Assembly (NCBI GenBank): GCA_045863235.1
Contig: BTUM01000011.1
Coordinates: 61,968-125,967, forward strand
Direction of reading: 5' to 3'
DNA from: Candidatus Xenobia bacterium
GTDB taxonomy: Bacteria > Vulcanimicrobiota > Xenobia > Xenobiales > QWHO01
Length of the DNA stretch: 64,000 nucleotides
Shown: positions 37,125-46,990 of the stretch, one piece after another
Layout of the letters: every line of letters begins with the position of its first letter
Position numbering within the stretch: the first letter of the stretch is position 1
Position numbers and translations under genes: made by a program
The notes under the pieces: generated by a model
The model's input: the letters and a program-made list of their open reading frames with translations, nothing else
Database searches by the model: none
Told to the model about the DNA's origin: nothing

Positions 37125-38747
37125 TTGGATCCCATCACGAACCCGAACTTCGTCCCCACCTTCAACGCCAATCCATTCCCTGGCGTTGCCGCGACTCCAG
37201 GTGACCTGGGCGGTCTCGTCCAGTCGGTCATCGGGATGGGGAACCAGAGCCAGGCGCTGATCAATGCCCTGGCCACCGGGCAGATCCCTGAGAACCTGTT
37301 CGCCGGGGTCGAGGGGATGGGAATTCAGATCCCCAAGCCTCCCCGCATGGACCTCTTCATGGCCTACACCAACCTGCAGGCCGCCCACCAGCAGGAGGAA
37401 ACCGCGCTGGGGGATCGGATCAAGTCCAATGCCAATGATCTGGTCGACGCATTCTACAAGAGCCACCATCTGGAGTTCGACGGCAACGGCAATCCGCGCG
37501 TGGCCGATCCGCCGGCCACCGTGACCGCCAACCAGGTCGATCTGGCCGGGCCGGCCCAGGAAGCCGACGCGGCCGCGGCCGCGCTCAACCAGGCCACCGC
37601 TCAGAGTAATTCGGCCGATGCGGCTGCCGCCCGGGCCGCGGCCGACCTGGCAGCCGCCAACCAGAGGGTGACGGCGGCCACCAATGCCAGTCGTTCCGCT
37701 CAGACCACCCAGACCGGAGCGCGGACCAGCCTGGCCGACGCGACCGCTGCGGCAGCCGACGCCCGCACTTCGGCCGACGCCCTGGCCGCGGCTGCAGCCA
37801 CCGACCCCAATGGGATCGTTCCCAACAGCAATCCTCCGATCACCAACGCTCAGGCTGCCGCCCAGGCAGCCGCGGACGTCGTCGCCGCCGACCAGGCAGT
37901 GGCCGATGCCCAGGCGGATCTCGCCGCTGCCGACGCAGCGACGGCAGCGGCTGCGGCCGAGCTGGCCGCCGCTCAGGCAGCCGCCGCCCAGGCTTCAGCG
38001 GCCAGCACCTCGGCCGCCAGCGCGGCCGCCGCCGCCTCCGCCGCCGCCGTCAGCGCCGAGAATCGGGTCAGTGCCGCCAACGCGGCCGTGACCGCCGCCC
38101 AGCAGCAAGCCCAGATCGAGGCCAACACGGCCGAGATCCAGAACCTGAACAACCAGATCTCCGCCCAGGAAACCTTCGAGCAGCGCCAGCAGCGTCTCGA
38201 GTGGCAGGGACGCCAGGAGGAAGCCACCCGCGCCTCCTTCGAGCCCCAGCGCCAGGCGCTTCAGGCCCGCCAGCAGCAGATGCTGGCTCAGGTCCAGGCC
38301 ACCGGACGTCAGGATCCCCAGTTGATGGAGCAGCTCCAGCAGGAGGAGGCCGATCTCAACACCCGCATCGAGAAGGCCGTGATCTTGTCGAAGCTGCCTC
38401 CCGGTGCCGCTCAGGCCCCGGCCGACAGCCCGCTCGGGCAGCTCTATGCCCAGGTTCAGAACGATTTCAGCCAGTTTGACCAGCTGCGCGCGAGCAATCG
38501 GGCCGAGCTCGAGAACAGCGAGGCCGGCCGCGAGATCCGTCGCTTCCTGGCCGAGTCCAGGGCCTTCACGGCCAGCCTGCCCACTCGTGAGCAGGCTTTC
38601 GACCCCAATGCGATGCGGGCTTTCGCCCAGCGCATGGGGCTGACGATCGATGCACCTCAGCTGGGGGTCAATCTCGGGGCTCCGACCCTCCCCACCCAGC
38701 AGCCCAACTTCCTGGCCGACCTGGGGATCGAGCCGCCGCCCGTTTAG
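37125..38747 (+). CDS. Ala/Gln-rich long coiled-coil orphan protein
   Basis: GGAGG RBS before TTG; long Ala-rich heptad region followed by a Gln-rich coiled coil; no signal peptide. Confidence 0.75.
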   Translation: MDPITNPNFVPTFNANPFPGVAATPGDLGGLVQSVIGMGNQSQALINALATGQIPENLFAGVEGMGIQIPKPPRMDLFMAYTNLQAAHQQEETALGDRIKSNANDLVDAFYKSHHLEFDGNGNPRVADPPATVTANQVDLAGPAQEADAAAAALNQATAQSNSADAAAARAAADLAAANQRVTAATNASRSAQTTQTGARTSLADATAAAADARTSADALAAAAATDPNGIVPNSNPPITNAQAAAQAAADVVAADQAVADAQADLAAADAATAAAAAELAAAQAAAAQASAASTSAASAAAAASAAAVSAENRVSAANAAVTAAQQQAQIEANTAEIQNLNNQISAQETFEQRQQRLEWQGRQEEATRASFEPQRQALQARQQQMLAQVQATGRQDPQLMEQLQQEEADLNTRIEKAVILSKLPPGAAQAPADSPLGQLYAQVQNDFSQFDQLRASNRAELENSEAGREIRRFLAESRAFTASLPTREQAFDPNAMRAFAQRMGLTIDAPQLGVNLGAPTLPTQQPNFLADLGIEPPPV

Positions 38748-38768
38748 CTGCGGGAGCCGCGCGTCTGG

Positions 38769-39428
38769 TTATTCCACGAAGGTCGCGATCTGCTCGAGCG
38801 GCTTGCGGTCGATATCGGGAACCTGGCATCCCTCGGCCGGATAGCCCACCACCAGGAGCAGGAAGGGGCGCTCGTTGGGCGGGCGTCCCAGCATCGTCTT
38901 AAGGAAGTTCATCGGGCTGGGGGTGTGGGTCAGGGTGGCCAGTCCGCAGTGATGCAGGGCGGCAATCAGCATGCCGGTGGCGATGCCCACCGATTCGGTG
39001 ACGTAGTAGTTCTTGGCCTTCTCCTGCTCGCCGAGACTGTAGCTCTGGGCAAAGATTGCGATCAGGCAGGAGGCTTCTTCTAGAAATGGCTTGTCGGCAT
39101 CGGTTCCCAGCGGCTCCAGCGCCTCCAGCCACTCCTTGGGGGCGCGTCCTCCATAAAACTCCCGCTCCTCAGCCTCGGCGGCGGCGCGAAGCTCCTTGCG
39201 GGTGGCCGGGTCGGTCACCACTACGAAGTGCCAGGGCTGTCGATTGGCCCCGCTGGGAGCGCTGCTGGCGGCCAGCAGGCATTGCTCGATGATCGCGCGA
39301 GGCACCGGGTGGGCGCTGAAGTGGCGAACGGTGCGACGGCGGCTCAGCTCCTGGTGGATCTCCAGGGCTCGCCGGCGCATCTCCTCCTCGGGATACTGGC
39401 GATACTCGCTGTAGGGGCGCTGGCGCAC
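38769..39428 (-). CDS. Nitroreductase family, iodotyrosine-deiodinase (IYD)-like
   Basis: [34 protein letters not shown]...KPFL, ESVGIA and THTPSPM; start uncertain. Confidence 0.85.
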   Translation of the reverse strand: MRQRPYSEYRQYPEEEMRRRALEIHQELSRRRTVRHFSAHPVPRAIIEQCLLAASSAPSGANRQPWHFVVVTDPATRKELRAAAEAEEREFYGGRAPKEWLEALEPLGTDADKPFLEEASCLIAIFAQSYSLGEQEKAKNYYVTESVGIATGMLIAALHHCGLATLTHTPSPMNFLKTMLGRPPNERPFLLLVVGYPAEGCQVPDIDRKPLEQIATFVE

Positions 39429-39501
39429 GACAAGCCGAGTTCTGGTCCAGGTGGGGTCGATCCTCCGAGGGGATCTTCCGGTTGGAGCGAACCCCCCGAC
39501 C

Positions 39502-40125
39502 ATGCGAAGTTTCTTGCTCTGTCTCGTGATCGGGGTCGCCTGCGGCTGCGGCCAGCCTTCCTCTCAGCCCGAGCCCTATGTCTCGGCCACCATGATCGAC
39601 GTTTCCGCCGTCAGAGGGTCGGCCAGCCCCACCAGCATCCCGGACGACATCGAGCCGGACCAGGTCGACCCGGATAGGCTGGACGGGCCGCTCGTCCCGG
39701 CCGGAGAAGCGCCCAACTCGACCTCCCGTCCCATCGCCTGGCCCGAGGGGCCTTTGAAGCTGGATTCCAACGATGTGCTGGAGTTTACCAAGAGCCAGGG
39801 TGGGGTAGCCGGCACCGACTTCACGACACTGCGCATATGCGGCGACGGTACGGTCAAGCTCACCAGCGGCCGGGCTGGCGGACCAGGAGGCCGGTCCAGC
39901 GAGAGTGCCGGAAAGATGGACGCCAAGACGACCAGCCAGCTTTTCGAAGAGATTCGGTCGAGTGGACTGCTCGACTCCACCGACGAGCACACCCGTCAGT
40001 CACATTACAGCGTGGATGGGACCGTGGACGAGGTCAAGATCTCGGTGGGCGTCTCGCCCGGTTCGGCTCGCCATTCCTCGATCGAAGCCCTGATCGAGCC
40101 GGCGCGTAAGAGCCTCAAACCCTGA
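39502..40125 (+). CDS. Lipoprotein, hypothetical
   Basis: [16 protein letters not shown] lipobox; [10 protein letters not shown] segment. Confidence 0.7.
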   Translation: MRSFLLCLVIGVACGCGQPSSQPEPYVSATMIDVSAVRGSASPTSIPDDIEPDQVDPDRLDGPLVPAGEAPNSTSRPIAWPEGPLKLDSNDVLEFTKSQGGVAGTDFTTLRICGDGTVKLTSGRAGGPGGRSSESAGKMDAKTTSQLFEEIRSSGLLDSTDEHTRQSHYSVDGTVDEVKISVGVSPGSARHSSIEALIEPARKSLKP

Positions 40126-40139
40126 CCCGCGACCAGCAT

Positions 40140-41147
40140 TCATGGCCCTCGATGGATAGGCGGTCGCGGTTGGGTGGGTTTCTGCACGAAGGTTCTCACC
40201 AGCCAGTCTTTCCAGAAGGCCCAAACGGCCGCCCGGTCCTGGGCGGCGCTGGTGCGAGGATGGTGCAGCACGGCCAGCAGTCCGGCGTTCAGGCTGCGGG
40301 TCTGGTGATCGGGGGGTAGCTCGGACTCGCGCAGGGCCACCTCCAGGTCGTAGCGCAGCGCGGCCGCATCCGAATAGCGATCCTCAGGCTTGAGCTGCAG
40401 GCAGCGCTGCACCGCCTTCTCCAGGGTGGGCGGCACTTTCTGGAATGTCGAGAGAGCCGGGAACTTGAAATTGTAGCTCTGAGGGTCGGCCTTGCTCAGC
40501 ATGTGAAACATCGTCGAGCCCACCGCGTAGAGATCGCTCCGGGGGGTGGTCTGGCCGTGGCCGTACTGCTCCGGGGCGCAGAAGCCCGGGGTGCCCAGGT
40601 CTTGCGTGTCCTTGGCCGACTCGGGGCGATGGTGTCGGGCGATGCCGAAGTCGATGAAGTAGACCTTGCCCTCGGGGGTCAGGATCAAATTGGAGGGCTT
40701 GAGGTCGCGGAAGACGATGGGGGGCGTGCGCCGGTGCAGGTACTCCAGCACGTGGGTGACCTGGAGCGCGATGGGGATGGCCTCGGCCGGCAGCAGAGGA
40801 CGGTTGGTCGCGCTCAGGATCTCGTCCAGGGGCTGGCCGGGGATGAACTCCATGCCCAGGTAGTAGCGCGCACCAGCGGCGGAGGGCTCCTCGAAGAAGT
40901 CCACCACCCGGGGCAGCCCGGGGTGGTCGAGCGAGGCCAGGATCTCGGCCTCGCGGCGAAAGAGGGCCACGTTCATGTCCCGATCGGGCTCGGGCAGGGC
41001 GGGGGTATCCAGCTCCTTGAGAGCCCACACCGCTCCCGTCAGGTGCTGGTCGCGCACCAGGTAGACCGCGCCCATGGCGCCCTGGCCGAGACAGGTGAGG
41101 ACCTCGTAGCGGTTGTGCAGGACCTCTCCCGGGGCGCGGCTGGACAC
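40140..41147 (-). CDS. Hanks-type Ser/Thr protein kinase
   Basis: LGQGAMGAVY, ALKE, FRDLKPSN, IDFG, GTPGFCAPEQ and SDLYAVG. Confidence 0.95.
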   Translation of the reverse strand: MSSRAPGEVLHNRYEVLTCLGQGAMGAVYLVRDQHLTGAVWALKELDTPALPEPDRDMNVALFRREAEILASLDHPGLPRVVDFFEEPSAAGARYYLGMEFIPGQPLDEILSATNRPLLPAEAIPIALQVTHVLEYLHRRTPPIVFRDLKPSNLILTPEGKVYFIDFGIARHHRPESAKDTQDLGTPGFCAPEQYGHGQTTPRSDLYAVGSTMFHMLSKADPQSYNFKFPALSTFQKVPPTLEKAVQRCLQLKPEDRYSDAAALRYDLEVALRESELPPDHQTRSLNAGLLAVLHHPRTSAAQDRAAVWAFWKDWLVRTFVQKPTQPRPPIHRGP

Positions 41148-41244
41148 GGCCTATCCTGTTGGCCCCGGGGAAACTCTGTTCCTGCAGGGGACCGGCCCGG
41201 CAGCACGAAGCTGCGGCCACGATTAATATCTCGGAGCGACGGCA

Positions 41245-41843
<599 letters not shown>

Positions 41844-41847
<4 letters not shown>

Positions 41848-42881
41848 GCCAAGCACTCCAGGAAACCCCCTTCATGCGGGCCTGCCGACGAGAGCCGGCG
41901 GCCCGCACTCCGATCTGGCTCATGCGCCAGGCCGGTCGCTACATGCCCGAGTACCGCGAGTTACGCAGCCGGGTCAGCTTTCTGGAGCTGTGCAAATCGC
42001 CCGATCTGGCCACCCAGGTGACCGTCGAGGCCCGCGAAAAGTTGGGCGTGGACGCGGCCATCCTCTTCTCCGACATCCTCACCGTGGTCGAGCCATTGGG
42101 CTTCAAGCTCGAGTTCACGAAGGGGGAGGGGCCCAGCATCGATCCTCCCCTGCGCTCGCCCGACGGGGTGGACCGCCTGCGCCGGCCTGATCCGGCTGAG
42201 CTCGAGTACGTCTATGCCGCCTGTCGGCAGATCCGCCGGGAGCTGCCCGCCGACATCCCCCTCATCGGCTTTGCCGGCGCTCCCTTCACCATCGCCAGCT
42301 ACCTGATCGAGGGCGGTCCCTCGAAGAACTTCGAGCACACAAAGCTTTTCATGCTCAACTCTCCTCAGGGCTGGCACGAACTGCTCGGCCGCATCGCCGA
42401 CCTGACCTCGAGCTATCTCAACCGTCAGATCGAAGCGGGCTGTCAGGCCGTTCAGCTGTTCGACTCCTGGGTGGGCTGCCTGTCTCCCGAGCTCTACCGC
42501 GAGTTCGTGCTGCCCCACAGCGCGCGCATTTTCACTTCGCTGCCCAAAGAGGTGCCCCAGATTCACTTCGGACGCGGCACCGGCCAGTTGCTCGAGCTCT
42601 GCCATGCAGCCGGAGGCAGCGTGATCGGGGTGGACTACATGACCAGCCTGGAGGCCGCCTTCGAGCGTCTGGGCGAGGTGGCCGCCCTGCAGGGCAACCT
42701 CGATCCGGTGGTGCTTCTGGCCGACCGCAAGGTGATTCGCCAGCGGCTCGAGCTCTTGCTGCGCCAGGTAGGTGGGCGTCCCGGTCACATCTTCAATCTG
42801 GGCCACGGCCTTCTGCCCACCACTCCGGTGGACAACGTGCGCTTTCTGGTGGACGAGGTCCACCGCCTGACGAGTCGGTGA
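41844..42881 (+). CDS. hemE: Uroporphyrinogen decarboxylase
   Basis: [45 protein letters not shown] and HIFNLGHG. First ATG is 41874; proposed start is CTG 41844. Confidence 0.95.
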
Positions 42882-44248
42882 AGCTGGCCGTTGTGGGCGG
42901 GGGCCTGAGCGGCCTGGCGGCGGCTTATTTCGCCCGGCAGAAGGCCGAGGTCACCCTGTTCGAGCGCTCCGATCGGCCCGGTGGGGTGATCCAGACCCAC
43001 CGCCAGGGGGATCTGACCCTGGAGGCGGGGCCTGACTCCATATTGCGCAGCAAGCCCGAGGCGCTCGAGCTGTGCCGCGAGCTGGGCCTGGAGGACCAGA
43101 TCGTTTCCACGACCGGCGCGGGGGGGGCGCTGGTGGTCAAGGAGGACCGGCTCTATCCCATTCCGGACGGCTTTCGCTTGATGGCTCCAGGCCGCGTGCT
43201 GCCCTTCCTGCTCAGTCCGGTGATGAGCTGGGCCGGCAAGCTGCGCATGGCCCTGGACCTGATGCTTCCGCCCAGCGACCTGGACGACCCTTCCCTGTCC
43301 GAGTTCGTGACCGCTCGCCTGGGGCGCGAGGCCTACGAGAGGCTGGCCCAGCCCCTGATCGGCGGTATCTACGGGGCCGACCCCGAGCGTCTGAGCCTGG
43401 CCGCCACCCAGCCCAGCTTCCTCGAGCTGGCTCAGCGTCACGGCAGCCTGCTGCGGGGCCTGTGGAAGGAGGGCCAGGCGGCCCGCGGCGACAGTGGCGC
43501 GCGCTACAGCCTGTTTTTCAACTTTCGGGGAGGCACCCAGACTCTGATCGATCGCCTGGTGGAAGCCGTCGGGCCTGCATTGCAGCTCAACTCCTCCGTT
43601 GAGGGCCTCAAGCGCGCCGAGGAGGGGGGGTGGCAGCTCACTGTCGACGAGGAGCCGCGCCATTTCGACGCTGTCATCCTGGCCATCCCTGCCTACGCCC
43701 AGGCGGCCCTGGTGCAAAGGTGGGACCGACGACTGGGCGAGGCCCTCTGGTCGGTGCCTTACAGCCACAGTGTCACGGTCAACCTGGTCTACGACCGGAG
43801 CCAGCTCAAGCGCAAGCTGAAGGCCTTCGGCTTCGTGGTGCCCCGCATCGAGAACTGGTTCTTGCTGGCTTGCACCTTCAGCAGCCTCAAGTGGCCCGGT
43901 CGGGCACCCAAGGATAAACTGCTCCTGCGCGGATACCTGGGCGGGGCCCTGGGCTCGAGCATCCTGGCCTGGGACGACGCTGAGACGGTGGAGACCGTGC
44001 ACCGCGAGCTGAGCTTCCTGCTCAATTTGGAGGGAGAGCCTGAGCAAAGCCTGGTCAGCCGCTATCGCGACGCCATGCCGGCTTACTGCGTCGGTCACGG
44101 CGAGGTGCTCGAGCGGGTGGCCGAGCGCTTGAAACGCTCTCCCACGCTGGCGCTGGCCGGCAATGGCCTGCACGGGGTGGGCATCCCCGATTGCATCGCT
44201 ACCGCCCGTCGCTCGGTGGAGCGAGTGACCGGGAACTTTTCCGCCTGA
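42878..44248 (+). CDS. hemG: Protoporphyrinogen/coproporphyrinogen oxidase (HemY type)
   Basis: VVGGGLSGL, EAGPDS, GGIYGADP..LS and GVGIPDCI; follows hemE. Confidence 0.93.
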   Translation: MKLAVVGGGLSGLAAAYFARQKAEVTLFERSDRPGGVIQTHRQGDLTLEAGPDSILRSKPEALELCRELGLEDQIVSTTGAGGALVVKEDRLYPIPDGFRLMAPGRVLPFLLSPVMSWAGKLRMALDLMLPPSDLDDPSLSEFVTARLGREAYERLAQPLIGGIYGADPERLSLAATQPSFLELAQRHGSLLRGLWKEGQAARGDSGARYSLFFNFRGGTQTLIDRLVEAVGPALQLNSSVEGLKRAEEGGWQLTVDEEPRHFDAVILAIPAYAQAALVQRWDRRLGEALWSVPYSHSVTVNLVYDRSQLKRKLKAFGFVVPRIENWFLLACTFSSLKWPGRAPKDKLLLRGYLGGALGSSILAWDDAETVETVHRELSFLLNLEGEPEQSLVSRYRDAMPAYCVGHGEVLERVAERLKRSPTLALAGNGLHGVGIPDCIATARRSVERVTGNFSA

Positions 44249-44288
44249 CGCGAAAGTCGGAACCTTCCGGTCCGCTCGGCCGGTCTTA
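44232..44288 (+). promoter_or_regulatory. Tandem ECF sigma-type promoters
   Basis: GGAACTT (44232)-N17-GTCGG and GGAACCT (44259)-N17-GTCTT, upstream of the ECF sigma gene. Confidence 0.55.
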
Positions 44289-44314
44289 TCAGCGCCCGAG
44301 GGAGGCTCGAACCC

Positions 44315-44893
44315 GTTCACCAGCACGACTTTGAGGAAGTCTATCAGGAGCAGGCTGACTATGTGTACAACCTGGCCTATCGACTGTGCGGCTCCAAGAG
44401 CGACGCTGACGACGTCTTCCAGGACGCCTTCCTGCGGGTTTACCGTTTCTTGCCCGGCTTCCGCGGCGATTCTCTGCGAGGCTGGCTGCGACGCATCGTG
44501 ATGAACGCTTTTCACGACTCGCGTCAGAAGGTGCGCCGGCTGGTTCCGGTGGAGGAGCCCGCTCAGGCCGACCTGGCCGACCTGCGCCAGGAGCCCGGAC
44601 AACTGCTCGAGGATCAGGGCCTGGACGCGCGCCTGGAGCGCGCTCTGAAGCGGCTGCCGGATGAGCACCGCAGCATTCTCATCTTGCGGGCCATCGACGA
44701 CCTGGCCTACGAGGACCTGGCCCTGGCCCTGGAAGTGCCCGTCGGTACGGTGCGCTCGCGCCTTTCGCGGGCCCGGGCGGCCCTGCGAAAGCTCCTGGAG
44801 GAAGAGCAGACGGCCACCCCTCCGACCGGGAGCCGGGGTAGCAAGCCTGGCCTGTTGTCACTTCTCTTCAGGAGGGTGCTGCAATGGGCCTGA
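44315..44893 (+). CDS. ECF RNA polymerase sigma factor
   Basis: VYNLAYRLCG...ADDVFQDAF, WLRRI..N and LAYEDLA..L..P.GTVRSRLSRAR. First canonical start is GTG 44363, but sigma-like sequence extends upstream. Confidence 0.9.
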   Translation, partial: VHQHDFEEVYQEQADYVYNLAYRLCGSKSDADDVFQDAFLRVYRFLPGFRGDSLRGWLRRIVMNAFHDSRQKVRRLVPVEEPAQADLADLRQEPGQLLEDQGLDARLERALKRLPDEHRSILILRAIDDLAYEDLALALEVPVGTVRSRLSRARAALRKLLEEEQTATPPTGSRGSKPGLLSLLFRRVLQWA

Positions 44894-45594
44894 GCGAGCG
44901 AGAGCAGGAGCTGGTGTCGGCCCTGCTCGACGGCGTCCTGGAGGGCGAGGAGCTGCGCGAGGCCGAGCAACTGATCGCTGACTCAACCGAGGCCAGTCGC
45001 CTGTTGGAGGACTACCGCAGTGACCTCAAGCGCCTGCAGTCGCTTCCCCGGTTGAAGGCCGAGCCGCGCCACCGCGTTCGGCTGCTGGCCGCCCGCCGCC
45101 CCCAGGTCTCTCCCTGGCTGAAGGCGGCCGTGGTCACGCTGCTGATCGGAGGAGCGGTCTTTATCTGGCTCAACCGGCCCCCCGGCCAACGACCGCTGGC
45201 CCTCTTCCCTCGCCTGGAGGCGCGCCTGCATCCGGGCGAGCGACCGCTGGCTCACAAGGTCGAAAAGCTCACCGGGCGCTTTGCCCATCGCGTCACGGCC
45301 TTCACGTTGCGCCTGGATGGCGTGAATGGCAAGACCAGCTCGGCCCATCTGAAGCTGAGCTACGATTTCGACGGTGACGGTCGGTTCGACCGCCAGGAGA
45401 GCTACTTCTTCGCCTGTGACGCCGAGCAGGGTTGGCAGACCTTCACTCAGGACGCCGCCCGGGTCGTGGCCTCGGGCGACCCGATGCGCGACTTCACGGG
45501 TGGCCAGGTGCACGCCGAGCTGTCCTGTGACCACCCGGAAAACCCCTTGCTGGCCGACCTGTCCGAGGTCGTGCTGCCTCACGAAAGCCCTTAA
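44884..45594 (+). CDS. Anti-sigma factor, single TM with extracytoplasmic domain
   Basis: ELVSALLDG.L...E anti-sigma N-terminus; TM segment AAVVTLLIGGAVFIW; overlaps the sigma gene. Confidence 0.8.
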   Translation: MGLSEREQELVSALLDGVLEGEELREAEQLIADSTEASRLLEDYRSDLKRLQSLPRLKAEPRHRVRLLAARRPQVSPWLKAAVVTLLIGGAVFIWLNRPPGQRPLALFPRLEARLHPGERPLAHKVEKLTGRFAHRVTAFTLRLDGVNGKTSSAHLKLSYDFDGDGRFDRQESYFFACDAEQGWQTFTQDAARVVASGDPMRDFTGGQVHAELSCDHPENPLLADLSEVVLPHESP

Positions 45595-45738
45595 CGCAAG
45601 ACTCTCGATCTTGCACTCTGGAACGCGGTGCCGGCTCATGTCGCGTCTTCGGTCGCTCAATGCGCTCCACTTTGGTTTCGCTGGCTCCTGAGTCGCCCGT
45701 GCGTCTCTGAAAGAATTTTTATGCTACCTATTTTGGTG

Positions 45739-45768
45739 TTGACAGCATATTATTCTTTGATATAGAAT
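45739..45768 (+). promoter_or_regulatory. Sigma70 promoter overlapped by an Lrp-type site
   Basis: TTGACA-N18-TAGAAT; CAGCATATTATTCTT at 45743-45757. Confidence 0.7.
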
Positions 45769-45780
45769 CATGGTAGTTCT

Positions 45781-46263
45781 ATGAGCTACGAGTTGGACGA
45801 TATCGATCAAAAGATCCTGCAGTTGCTGCAGCAGGATGGGCGGATGACCAACGCGGCCCTGGCCGAGGCGGTCGGGCTCACGCCTACCCCCATGCTGCAA
45901 CGGTTGCGCAAGCTCGAGCAGAAGGGCGTCATCACCGGCTATCGGGCGGTGATCGACGCCCGGGCGGTCGCTCGGGCCACGATGGCTCTTTTGCACGTGC
46001 AGCTCACCGAGCACAGGCTCGAGAACCATCGACGCTTCGTTCACGAGGCTTGTCAGATGCCAGAGGTGCTCGAAGTGCACCACGTGGCCGGGGAGGATGA
46101 CTTCATCCTCAAGGTCGCCGTGGAGGACATCGCCGCCTACGAGCATTTTCTGCTCGACAGGCTCAACCAGGTTCCCGGCATCGACCGGGTGTGCACCACC
46201 TTCATCCTGAGCACCTCGAAGGATGAAGGCATCTCGCCGCTTGGGGGGCTGAAAGGAGGATGA
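45781..46263 (+). CDS. Lrp/AsnC transcriptional regulator
   Basis: LDDID.KIL..LQ.DGRMTN..LA..VGL HTH and RAM domain (AGEDDFILKV). Confidence 0.95.
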   Translation: MSYELDDIDQKILQLLQQDGRMTNAALAEAVGLTPTPMLQRLRKLEQKGVITGYRAVIDARAVARATMALLHVQLTEHRLENHRRFVHEACQMPEVLEVHHVAGEDDFILKVAVEDIAAYEHFLLDRLNQVPGIDRVCTTFILSTSKDEGISPLGGLKGG

Positions 46264-46269
46264 GCTGCC

Positions 46270-46881
46270 ATGACCTTTGTAGCCTTCGGATTGCTCTGCT
46301 TCTCGTCGCTGGTGACCATCATCGATCCCATCGCGGCAGCGCCCATCTTCCTCAGCCTGACGCGCAGCCACTCGACGGTTGAGCGCCGGGCGATCGCCCT
46401 GCGCGCCTGTCTCATCGCGCTCTTATTGCTGGCGGTTTTCGCCGTGGCCGGCAGCGCCATCCTCAAGCTCTTCGGAGTGACCCTGCACGCTTTCCGGATC
46501 GCCGGAGGGCTCTTGTTCTTCTCCACCGGGGCCGCCATGCTGGCCGGCAAGGCCCATGCCCAGGGCTCCAGCGAAGGGGGCACCGACCTGGCCATCGTGC
46601 CTCTGGCCATGCCCGTCATTTGCGGCCCCGGGGCCCTGAGCACGGTCATGCTGCTGATGGGTCAGGCTCCGACCCCGGCCCACGTGCTGGCCTTCTTCCT
46701 GGCCCTGGTGCTGGCCGTCGTCTTCACCTGGGTCTGCCTGCTGGTGGCCCCGGCCGCCCTGCGCCTGGTCGGCAGGAGCGGTGTTGAGGTGGCCACCCAG
46801 GTGATGGGCCTCATCTTGTGCGTGCTGGGCGTGCAGTTCATCGTGGACGGGATCAAGCCGTTGTTGTTGGAGCTTCTCTAG
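46270..46881 (+). CDS. MarC family membrane protein
   Basis: IIDP...PIF, AFRIAGG and IVPLAMP.I.GPGA. Confidence 0.92.
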   Translation: MTFVAFGLLCFSSLVTIIDPIAAAPIFLSLTRSHSTVERRAIALRACLIALLLLAVFAVAGSAILKLFGVTLHAFRIAGGLLFFSTGAAMLAGKAHAQGSSEGGTDLAIVPLAMPVICGPGALSTVMLLMGQAPTPAHVLAFFLALVLAVVFTWVCLLVAPAALRLVGRSGVEVATQVMGLILCVLGVQFIVDGIKPLLLELL

Positions 46882-46904
46882 AAGTAACGGACACTGATCG
46901 CTGC

Positions 46905-46946
46905 GCGCAGAAGTTCCGCGGCAAGTCACGTGCCCGACTTCTGCGC
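46905..46946. terminator. Hairpin downstream of the MarC gene
   Basis: GCGCAGAAGT/ACTTCTGCGC 10-bp perfect stem; no U-tract. Confidence 0.5.
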
Positions 46947-46961
46947 ATCACTCTAGGATAT

Positions 46962-46990
46962 TTTCAGCCCGGCGGAGTATTCTCCAGGAC
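46962..46990 (+). promoter_or_regulatory. TTTCAG-N10-TATTCT-N7-GTG putative leaderless promoter
   Basis: Same architecture as the sites at 14.2 kb and 31.1 kb. Confidence 0.6.

Noticed and set aside
37540..38110. GCC/GCG-rich repetitive DNA as a tandem repeat or CRISPR
   Set aside because: Explained by poly-Ala coding; no fixed repeat-spacer structure.
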